Under the pieces are notes generated by a model, which saw only the letters and a list, made by a program, of their open reading frames with translations, was not told the DNA's origin and did not search any database. Made by a program: the position numbers and the translations under genes. DNA of 64,000 bases from Desulfobacterales bacterium (GTDB lineage Bacteria; Desulfobacterota; Desulfobacteria; Desulfobacterales; UBA2245), in NCBI GenBank assembly GCA_040771865.1, contig JAXGZF010000009.1, positions 1 through 64,000 on the forward strand, read 5' to 3'. Numbering within the stretch: position 1 is the first letter of the stretch; each line of letters starts with the position of its first letter. Positions 20,442-27,876 of this stretch are shown here, piece by piece.

Positions 20442-21365
20442 GAACTTATCCGTAAATAAAATTGATTTTTTTCTTGTTTTTTGCTATAGAACCTCCAACG
20501 ATCACACAATTTTAAGGAGGAATATGGCAAAAATTCAGTCATGGGAAGTATCCGATACTTTTTGGGCAAAGGTTGAACCTCTTATACCAGCAAGAGAGCG
20601 CGATCCGGAAAAAACATATAAACGCAAGGCCGGCGGAGGTAAAAAACCGATGCCGCCACGCCAAGTCTTTGAGGCCATTATGTATGTGCTTCGGACAGGA
20701 TGCCAATGGAAAGCTCTGCCCAAGGAAAGATTTGGAAGCGGCAGCGCTGTCCATACCCATTTCATGAATTGGATGCGTGCTGGATTCTTTGTCGCACTCT
20801 GGCGTTCGGGGCTTGCTGAGTACGATGACATGGAAGGGATTGTTTGGAGCTGGCAAAGCATTGACGGGGCGATGGTCAAGGCTCCCTTGGCGCAAGACGC
20901 AGTCGGTCGAAATCCGACCGACAGGGGGAAAAAAAGGAACAAAACGGCATCTGCTGGTGGACGGCCGTGGTGTCCCGTTATCACTCGTCGCGACCGGAGC
21001 AAATCGCCATGATGTTACGCACCTGGAGTCTGTTTTGAAAGGCATCATTATAGATCGTCCTTTGGATGTCCAGCAGCATTTGTGCGCAGATAAAGCCTAT
21101 GGATGCCAGCCAGCGCTGGAAGCCATTCTTTCAAACGGATACATTCCTCATGTAAAAACTCGAGGAGAAGAGATCCAAAAGAAAAAGAACGCTCCCGGTT
21201 GGAAAGCCAGAAGATGGGTAGTGGAAGTGAGTCACTCATGGTTTAACCGTTTTCGTAAAATCCTGGTCCGCTATGAAAAGCGCGCTGATACATATCTGGC
21301 ATTGCTTCATATGGCTGCCGCAATCATCGCGTACCGAAAAACTGGTATTATTTACGGATAAGCTC
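20442..21365 (+). mobile_element. IS5-family insertion sequence (924 bp)
   Basis: Inverted repeats GAACTTATCCGTAAATAA (20442-20459) and TTATTTACGGATAAGCTC (21348-21365), one mismatch. TAA target duplication at 20439-20441 and 21366-21368. Confidence 0.92.
20524..21361 (+). CDS. IS5-family transposase split over two frames (+1 shift at G5A7, ~20924-20935)
   Basis: Frame A: YVLRTGCQW, IDGA, NPTDRGKK. Frame B: GTKRHLLVDGRG, ADKAY, RWVVE. Fusion gives ~278 aa. Confidence 0.88.
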
Positions 21366-21435
21366 TAAATTTCTTCTTTACGAAAATCATGAGTCGTGTT
21401 AGCGAAATTATTTTGTTGAAGATGAGGCTGTGTGT

Positions 21436-21581
21436 TTATTTTGCTTTTTCGATAAGACGATCTATCGGGATTGACACCGCCGATATATCCTTTGCCATCA
21501 CATGCGTGTTTTAACATCGGCGTGTCCCATTAATTCCTGTACGACCCGAATATTGACGCCGTTTTCCAGCAGATGCGTCGC
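21436..21581 (-). pseudogene. intI: Integron integrase C-terminal remnant
   Basis: [25 protein letters not shown], a frameshift, then [23 protein letters not shown]. The segment carrying the catalytic Tyr is missing. Confidence 0.78.
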
Positions 21582-21599
21582 TATCTGAGCAGCGCGCTC

Positions 21600-21618
21600 G
21601 CTTATCTTTTCGTTAGGT
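21600..21618 (+). other. 3' arm of an attC-like site
   Basis: GCTTATC-TTTTC-GTTAGGT: an L'-like box, a spacer and a perfect GTTRRRY core, 6 bp before the next ORF. Confidence 0.55.
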
Positions 21619-21624
21619 ATCGGA

Positions 21625-22554
21625 GTGGAGCAGATGGTTTTTCTCGATAGTCTTGAGCCAGATATGTTAGAGCATCTCTCCGACGTCATCGGAAAGGCGA
21701 TTCTGTCGACGATATCGACCGTGGGCACGAAATACGTCGGCGGTAACGAAGATTTTTCGGGGACTGGGTTATTGGTTTCGGACGGTGCTAAGAAATATGT
21801 ATTTACGGCGAATCACGTATTGGATCCTTCAAGAAGAATCCCGCCAAGATCGGGAGAAGTTGAAATTAGTTACCATTCTCTTGGGCTTCAAAAAAACGGC
21901 TCGCCGGCACAATCTTACGCGCTCCGCCGGAAGTACTGGCGGAGCGAAATACAAGATCTTGCGCTGATCGAATCAGCTATCAGTGAGCGATTGAATATTG
22001 ATCGGCGGACGGATTATTACCCTGTAGACAAATTAATAACGCCTATCAATTTTGACCCGTATCTTAAAGATCTATTTGTGGTATGCGGTTTCCCAGCGGA
22101 AAAACGACTTCACATTCCAGCAGTCAGGGAAACCAAACACACGATGCTGATTCACTATTTCTCCGGACAACACGGGCGCGATGATCCAAAATGTAGAACT
22201 CGTTTTCGTTTAAAGTTCAACGGAAAATCCGTTTCCCCGTCGGGTATGAGCAGAGCGCCAGTCTGGCTCATTCGAAATAGCGAGAACATTGGTGCCCCAC
22301 TGGACATTGAACACATCCGAAGCCTCTTCGGGAGGAAATACGAACTCGTCGCTCAGTTTATGGGTATTGTTGTTGAATACTTCAAAGATGCGAATGAAAT
22401 CGCAGCAGTAAAATCCGACATATGTGCGGAGTTTGTTAAAAAAGCCCTTCGAGAATTGCCGGGCCTCCGAAGCGCTGATGAAGATGAGTGGATAGAACAG
22501 CAATTGTGTCGTTATAAAAACAACGGGGTCAGGTCTTCATTCTTGACAGAATGA
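21625..22554 (+). CDS. Trypsin-like serine peptidase domain protein (cassette-like)
   Basis: GTGLLV, FTANHV (His), QDLALI (Asp), [15 protein letters not shown] (Ser). Lower GC than the flanks; the last codons run through the RAYT inverted repeat. Confidence 0.6.
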   Translation: MEQMVFLDSLEPDMLEHLSDVIGKAILSTISTVGTKYVGGNEDFSGTGLLVSDGAKKYVFTANHVLDPSRRIPPRSGEVEISYHSLGLQKNGSPAQSYALRRKYWRSEIQDLALIESAISERLNIDRRTDYYPVDKLITPINFDPYLKDLFVVCGFPAEKRLHIPAVRETKHTMLIHYFSGQHGRDDPKCRTRFRLKFNGKSVSPSGMSRAPVWLIRNSENIGAPLDIEHIRSLFGRKYELVAQFMGIVVEYFKDANEIAAVKSDICAEFVKKALRELPGLRSADEDEWIEQQLCRYKNNGVRSSFLTE

Positions 22555-23574
22555 TGCAAGCGTGGTTTAAAGTCGGACATTCAAGCAACCACGCATAAAA
22601 TGAATGGAACGGCCATGGCTCGTCCTCTGAGAATTATTTATCCCGGCGCGGTTTATCACATAACCTCGAGGGGCAATGAACGCAAAGCGGTATTCAAAAG
22701 CATTCGCGACCGGGAAAAGTTTCTTGAATATCTGGAATCGGCCGTGGAAAAGTATCAAGCGGTGATTCACGCTTACTGTTTGATGGACAATCATTACCAC
22801 CTTCTGCTTGAAACGCCTGCCGGGAATTTGCCTCGAATCATGCGTCATATTAACGGCGCCTATACGACGTATTTCAATGTGAAACGCGATCGATCCGGGC
22901 ATTTGTTTCAGGGCCGTTACAAAGCGATACTGGTTGAAAAGGACGAATATGCCAAAGAGCTTTCCCGTTATATCCATCTGAACCCAGTCAGGGCGAAGCT
23001 GGTTGAATGTCCGGAAGAATATAAGTGGTCCAGCTATCCTTCCTATATTGGGATAAAAAAGCCTCCAAAATGGCTATATCGTGATTTTATTCTTGGGTAT
23101 TTCGGCGCCCAGATTTCAACGGCCCAAATTGGATACCGCGGCTTTGTAGATGCATTGGCAAACACGGAATACAAAAGCCCGTTAAGTGAAACGGCAGGTT
23201 CCACCATCCTCGGCAGCCCCGCTTTTATCACTTTTATAAAGGACAATTTTTTGTCGGGGAAAACGCCGGACAAAAATATTCCGGCTTTAAGCGCCTTGAC
23301 GGATAAGGTAAGAATGGAAGAAATATCCGATGCGGTTGGAGGCCTTTTCGGGGAAGACGGAGCGATGTGCCGGAACGTTAAAATATATCTCAGTCAGCGG
23401 CTGACGGATGAAAAGCTTAAAGATATCGGGGGACGTTTCGGGATTGGGGAATCCGGGGTATCGCAGGTCTGCAGGCGCGTTAAGTTCAAAATGAAAAATG
23501 ATAAAGAGCTCGCAAAAAACATTTCGGCAGTGGAAAAGAAACTGATTGCGTCAAGAATGAAGACCTGACCCCGT
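22523..23574 (+). mobile_element. RAYT/Y1-transposase element bounded by perfect 25-bp inverted repeats
   Basis: ACGGGGTCAGGTCTTCATTCTTGAC at 22523-22547 and its exact reverse complement at 23550-23574; no target duplication visible. Confidence 0.82.
22615..23568 (+). CDS. REP-associated tyrosine (Y1, HUH) transposase with C-terminal HTH
   Basis: MARPLRI.YPGAVYHITSRGN, AYCLMDNHYHLL (HUH), GHLFQGRY, YIHLNP, YKWSSY; tail KLKDIGGRFGIGESGVSQ. Confidence 0.9.
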   Translation: MARPLRIIYPGAVYHITSRGNERKAVFKSIRDREKFLEYLESAVEKYQAVIHAYCLMDNHYHLLLETPAGNLPRIMRHINGAYTTYFNVKRDRSGHLFQGRYKAILVEKDEYAKELSRYIHLNPVRAKLVECPEEYKWSSYPSYIGIKKPPKWLYRDFILGYFGAQISTAQIGYRGFVDALANTEYKSPLSETAGSTILGSPAFITFIKDNFLSGKTPDKNIPALSALTDKVRMEEISDAVGGLFGEDGAMCRNVKIYLSQRLTDEKLKDIGGRFGIGESGVSQVCRRVKFKMKNDKELAKNISAVEKKLIASRMKT

Positions 23575-23621
23575 AATATATGAGTCCCTTGCATACGAAT
23601 AGAAATTAAGGAGACAGGTCC

Positions 23622-24011
23622 ATGGACACTACCGATCGCTATCAAAGAGGCTGGGAAAAGCTCAAGGAAGTTGATGGAAAAGCCGGCGAGCGCGTCATCG
23701 AAAGCCTGAAAGACATCGCCCCTGATTTTGCACGGCTCCTGATTGAATTTCCATTTGGCGATATATATTCACGGCCGGGTCTGGATCTGAAATCCAGAGA
23801 AATAGCCGTGGTGGCCGCTCTGACGGCCCTGGGCAACGCAGCCCCTCAGTTGAAGGTTCATATTCATGGCGCCCTGAATGTCGGATGCACCGAGCAGGAA
23901 GTTGTGGAGGTCATCATGCAGATGGCTGTTTATGCGGGTTTCCCTGCGGCGCTGAACGGGTTGTTTGCAGCCAAAGAGGTTTTTGCGGAAAGACGGGAAA
24001 CAAAGGGATAG
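23622..24011 (+). CDS. Carboxymuconolactone decarboxylase family protein
   Basis: [46 protein letters not shown]. Confidence 0.9.
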   Translation: MDTTDRYQRGWEKLKEVDGKAGERVIESLKDIAPDFARLLIEFPFGDIYSRPGLDLKSREIAVVAALTALGNAAPQLKVHIHGALNVGCTEQEVVEVIMQMAVYAGFPAALNGLFAAKEVFAERRETKG

Positions 24012-24091
24012 CCAGTCAATCAACCGGACCGGATAATTCATGGCGTTTTCAAAGGCGGCTCCCGGCAGGCCGGTGAGGTATGACGCCGGCT
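24006..24091 (+). other. Degenerate attC-like site
   Basis: GGATAGC-CAGTC-AATCAACCGG ... CCGGTGAGG-TATGAC-GCCGGCT. Box spacing and one extrahelical base fit attC, but the AAC/GTT core triplets are altered. Confidence 0.4.
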
Positions 24092-24107
24092 TTCGGCATT
24101 TCAAGAT

Positions 24108-24136
24108 TTGACGTCCAAACGTTTAAGCATTATCAT
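24108..24136 (+). promoter_or_regulatory. Sigma70-like promoter of the toxin-antitoxin operon
   Basis: TTGACG-N17-TATCAT with an AAACGTTT palindrome in the spacer. Confidence 0.6.
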
Positions 24137-24162
24137 GTTACTAAATCATTGGAGGTAACATT

Positions 24163-24396
24163 ATGACAACATCTGCGAAACGCGCCACTGTGTATTTCGA
24201 TCCTCAAATACATAAGGCTTTGAAATTAAAATCCATTGAAACATCCAAAACCATTTCCGAGCTCGTGAACGAGGCCGTTAAAGGCGCGCTTGCCGAGGAT
24301 GCGGAAGATATTGCGGCCTTCGAGGAAAGGATAAATGAGCCGCTGGTCAGTTTTTCCGAAATGCTGAAAAGGCTGAAAAAAGATGGCCGCATATGA
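24163..24396 (+). CDS. CopG/RHH-type antitoxin
   Basis: KRATVYFDPQIHKALKLK...ISELVNEAV...EDAEDI; GGAGG RBS; overlaps the toxin gene. Confidence 0.85.
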   Translation: MTTSAKRATVYFDPQIHKALKLKSIETSKTISELVNEAVKGALAEDAEDIAAFEERINEPLVSFSEMLKRLKKDGRI

Positions 24397-24640
24397 GATC
24401 TTTTTCAAGGAATCCGTTTGGAAAGAGCTCGATAAAATTCCAAAAAGCGATCTGAAAAAAATCCTTTCAAGGGTTGAGCAGCTTGGAAACGATCCGCGAC
24501 CCGCGGGTTGTGAAAAACTCTCAGGAAATGTGCTGTACCGCATACGGCAAGGAAACTACCGAATCGTCTATTCAATACAGGACAGCGATCTTACGATCTG
24601 GGTGATCAAGGTCGGCCACAGAAAAGATGTATATCGTTAA
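24383..24640 (+). CDS. RelE/ParE-family toxin
   Basis: PRPAGCEKLSG, YRIRQGNYRIVY, IKVGHRKDVYR. Confidence 0.9.
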   Translation: MAAYEIFFKESVWKELDKIPKSDLKKILSRVEQLGNDPRPAGCEKLSGNVLYRIRQGNYRIVYSIQDSDLTIWVIKVGHRKDVYR

Positions 24641-24711
24641 GTGAACGGACGGGGATTTAACAACTCCTGTTGATATATTGACATGAATCATTCCGGGAAC
24701 ATGAGGCCCTT

Positions 24712-24753
24712 GGCGGCGGTCCGCTGAACGAGGGCGTCCTCGGTGTAAGCCAT
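24712..24753 (-). pseudogene. 5' remnant resembling type I restriction subunit hsdR
   Basis: ATG overlaps the ATPase stop (TGATG) and reads MAYTEDALVQRTAA before truncation. Confidence 0.5.
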
Positions 24754-26000
24754 CAGTTTGTCTCCCAGAGGCTGGATATGGGCACGGCGTACAGATTATT
24801 TCCAAAACCCACCATAGCCTCACCGTCATAGAGCACCACCCCGGCGGCAAAGTGTTTTTGTGCTGCCTCTTGAAGTTTGCGCAGTCCTTTGAAGTCACTG
24901 CTGGTTACCGTCGAAGCAGCCTTTACCTCTACTCCGGCCACGCGGGATTCCGATTCCAGCACCACATCTACTTCCACCTGATCCTTGTCGCGGAAGTGAT
25001 TGAAAACAATCGCCTCTTCCTGCCAGCTTGCCAATCGTCGAAGCTCCTGATACACAAATGTTTCCAGCAGCCGTCCGAAGAGGGCGCGATCTTCCCATAA
25101 CGAATCCACGTTCAAGCCCAGCAACGCGCAGGCCAAGCCGGTGTCCCCGATATGCAGCTTGGGCGTCTTGATCAGCCGCTTCATCCGGTTGCTGTGCCAG
25201 GGCGGCAATTCATCCAGCAGAAAGATCCGCGACAGCAGCGTCAGGTATTCGCGTATGGTCTGACGGCTGATCTGAAACGGGGCGGCAAGCTCGGATACAT
25301 TCACCAGACTTGCCGTTTGACCAGCGGACATCGCCAGGAGGCGCGGCAACGCATCCAGCGCGCTAATGCGTGCCAGATCCCGGATATCGCGCTGAATCAA
25401 CGTATCGGCATAATCCCGATACCAGGCCGCCCGCCGGCGTTGACTGGCGCGTGCCAGCGCGGCTGGATAACCGCCGTTCACGACCCGTTCCGCCAAGGCT
25501 CTTCCCTGACGTTGCGCAACTGACCCGGCCTTGAAGTTGCCGAGAAACAGTCTTGATAAAAAACCGGACTCCTTCCCGCCCAACTCCGCTTGCGATAACG
25601 GATGCAGCCGCAGGATTTCCATCCGGCCGGCCAGCGAATCCGCCAGCTTGGGTACCAGCAGTACATTTGCCGATCCCGTCAGGATGAACCGGCCGGGCAC
25701 TCGCCGGGCATCCACCTCCGTCTTCAAAGAGGTGAACAACCCCGGCACGCGTTGCACTTCGTCCAACACGGCCCGTTCCGGCAGGTCAGCCACATAGCCG
25801 ACCGGATCAGCCTGCGCCGCAGCCCGCTGCACATCGTCGTCGAAGGTAAAATAGGCAATCCCCTTTTCATCCCCGATCAACCGGGCCAGCGTGGTCTTTC
25901 CACACTGACGCGGCCCGTGGATCAGCACCACCGGCGAATCCGTCAGCGCCTCCATGATGCGCGACCGGAGATAGCGGGGATATATAACACCTTCACTCAT
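24753..26000 (-). CDS. AAA+ ATPase with DUF4143 domain
   Basis: GPRQCGKTT, LDEVQ, LTGSA, DSLAGR, GGYP, KTPKLHIGDTGL, EVDVV, VEVK. Confidence 0.9.
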   Translation of the reverse strand: MSEGVIYPRYLRSRIMEALTDSPVVLIHGPRQCGKTTLARLIGDEKGIAYFTFDDDVQRAAAQADPVGYVADLPERAVLDEVQRVPGLFTSLKTEVDARRVPGRFILTGSANVLLVPKLADSLAGRMEILRLHPLSQAELGGKESGFLSRLFLGNFKAGSVAQRQGRALAERVVNGGYPAALARASQRRRAAWYRDYADTLIQRDIRDLARISALDALPRLLAMSAGQTASLVNVSELAAPFQISRQTIREYLTLLSRIFLLDELPPWHSNRMKRLIKTPKLHIGDTGLACALLGLNVDSLWEDRALFGRLLETFVYQELRRLASWQEEAIVFNHFRDKDQVEVDVVLESESRVAGVEVKAASTVTSSDFKGLRKLQEAAQKHFAAGVVLYDGEAMVGFGNNLYAVPISSLWETN

Positions 26001-26022
26001 AGCTGTTACCTATACGCCTATC

Positions 26023-26101
26023 GTCGTCTGATTGCAAGTTTTTGATCGTCCAATTGTAAATAAAATATCGTCCAATTGTCGGTTTATGATCGTCCAATTG
26101 T
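26023..26101. repeat. Direct repeats with a 22-bp period upstream of the ATPase gene
   Basis: ATCGTCCAATTGT at 26045, 26067 and 26089; degenerate GTCGTCTGATTGC at 26023. Confidence 0.9.
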
Positions 26102-26159
26102 CAATTATTTCCGCAAGCCTCATACCGCCGCCGGAACGTTCACCCGTTACTGCTCCCGG

Positions 26160-26224
26160 GCCGGTTCCTTCTCCAATTACACGGCGATCGTCCGCTGAAC
26201 GAGGGTGTCTTCGGTATAGGCATC
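26160..26224 (-). pseudogene. Second hsdR-like 5' remnant
   Basis: Reads AYTEDTLVQRTIAV*LEKEP; DNA similar to 24719-24753. Confidence 0.45.
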
Positions 26225-26226
26225 TC

Positions 26227-26458
26227 GGGGACGGGGCATTGATATATTGACATGAATCATTCCGGAACCATGAGGCCCATGCCTTTTACGATCTTTTGGC
26301 CTGATTGACCGTTTGTTTTGGAATGCAATGCGCTTCATGAAAATTTTGCGGCGCCTGGTTTTGCAAAAATAATGCGGTGCAAGGCTTCCGCAGCGTCAAT
26401 TATCGATTTTCGCGGGATGATGAGTGGAATGGCAATCAATATATCAATGACCGACCCT
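26227..26458 (-). mobile_element. Non-autonomous mini-element derived from a second RAYT-type transposon
   Basis: 14-bp inverted repeat CATTGATATATTGA (26237-26250 / 26436-26449). Interior encodes a decayed PRKSIIDAAEALHRII...RRKIF. Confidence 0.6.
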
Positions 26459-26682
26459 AATCCCGCGCCAGTTGGCTTCATTGCAGCGATTACCAAATGG
26501 CTCCATAGCACCGATCATTAACATTGTCTCGACATGTCATTTGGCTGTCAAATTTTGTAATAAAGAAACCGCATGAATACGCGCCCAGGATGGCAAGGGC
26601 GATATCTTGAATCCAGAGTTGAAATTCCAAGGCGGATACGGTACCTTTCTTTTTGAAAAGCATCAACAGGGGGTAGGCCGAC

Positions 26683-26916
26683 ATGGAAAATGCCTTACCA
26701 TTAGACAAAATGACGATCGAAGACAAGCTCGCGGCAATGGAACAACTCTGGGATGATCTCTGCCGAAATCCGGAATCCGTTCCCTCCCCGTCCTGGCACG
26801 AGAGAATCCTCTCGGAGAGAGAGAAGCGGGTTCGGGAGGGAAAAGCCAGATTTTCTGACATCGCCGCGGCTAAGGACAGGATATTGAAACATCCAGAACC
26901 ATTTCCGAGCTCGTGA
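26683..26916 (+). CDS. Putative addiction-module antitoxin (orphan)
   Basis: LPLDKMTIEDKLAAMEQLWDDL...SPSWHERILSER; no toxin gene follows. Confidence 0.8.
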   Translation: MENALPLDKMTIEDKLAAMEQLWDDLCRNPESVPSPSWHERILSEREKRVREGKARFSDIAAAKDRILKHPEPFPSS

Positions 26917-27035
26917 ACGAGGCTGTAAAAAGAACATTTGCCGAGGACGCGGAAGACATTGTGGCCGTCGAGGCAAGAGTCAATGAGCCGCTGGCTGGGT
27001 TTTCCGAAATGCTGAAAAGGCTGAAAAAACCATGA
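26883..27035 (+). pseudogene. 5'-truncated paralogue of the RHH antitoxin
   Basis: DNA homologous to 24235-24381; reads IETSRTISELVNEAV...FSEMLKRLKKP*. Confidence 0.8.
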
Positions 27036-27634
27036 TGTCCCTGTTTCTAAGTCTTTGGATCAAACTGTTTTTCGTTTTGACCCCTTTTTTCGCTCTGGCG
27101 ATGTTCCTCAGCCTGACCGAGGGTTACGATGAGCGCCGCCGCCGGAAAATCGCCCTGACCGTTTCCGCTGCGGTGGCGGCAACATGCCTTTTGCTGTTCT
27201 TTGCGGGCAGGCAGATGTTTTCACTGTTCGGCATCACCCTGGACTCCTTCCGCATCGGCGCCGGCGTGCTCCTGATGCTTTCGGGCATAGGACTCGTTCA
27301 TGGAAGGCCGGCGATATCCAGCGCTGCTGCCGACGGCGATGTGACAGTTGTGCCCCTGGCCATACCGATCATCGTTGGACCGGCCACCACAGGGACCCTG
27401 CTTGTTATGGGCGCGGAGATGACCACCGTTCCGGAAAAAGTCACCGGATGCCTGGCTTTGCTGGCCGCCGTGACGTGCATCGCGACGGTGCTGCTCGCCG
27501 GCACTCTGATTCAGCGCTGTTTTGGCATCAAAGGCATTTCAATCCTCAGCAAACTGACGGGGCTGATCCTGACCGCGCTGGCGGCCCAGATGATCATGAC
27601 GGGCATTCAGGGTTTCCTCGGAATTCTGCCGTAA
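27032..27634 (+). CDS. MarC-family membrane protein
   Basis: FGITLDSFRIGAG, VPLAIPIIVGP, KLTGLILTALA. Confidence 0.9.
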   Translation: MMSLFLSLWIKLFFVLTPFFALAMFLSLTEGYDERRRRKIALTVSAAVAATCLLLFFAGRQMFSLFGITLDSFRIGAGVLLMLSGIGLVHGRPAISSAAADGDVTVVPLAIPIIVGPATTGTLLVMGAEMTTVPEKVTGCLALLAAVTCIATVLLAGTLIQRCFGIKGISILSKLTGLILTALAAQMIMTGIQGFLGILP

Positions 27635-27876
27635 CCCAATGGGCATGATCGACTTCAGGCTCGTCGACGCCGGCAGCGCAACGAATCCCGCCCTTCCCTC
27701 TCCCGTAACAATTCTGATGATCAAAATATCTTGATCGATTTCCTGTTTCTGCTATGGGTAGGGCATTTTGAGGCGAGTTCTGAATTTCTGAATCTTTTCT
27801 GTCCGTGATGCCGCGAACGCCTCGCGATGCTGAAAGGCGGGCGTTCCGGCATCATGACCGGTATGGAGGAGAGCGC

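Noticed and set aside
24655..24670. ATTTAAC after relE as an attC inverse core
   Set aside because: No matching L boxes or GTTRRRY partner could be found downstream.
26023..26101. Repeat-spacer pattern as a mini CRISPR array
   Set aside because: 13-bp repeats with 9-bp linkers are far too short and no cas genes are present.
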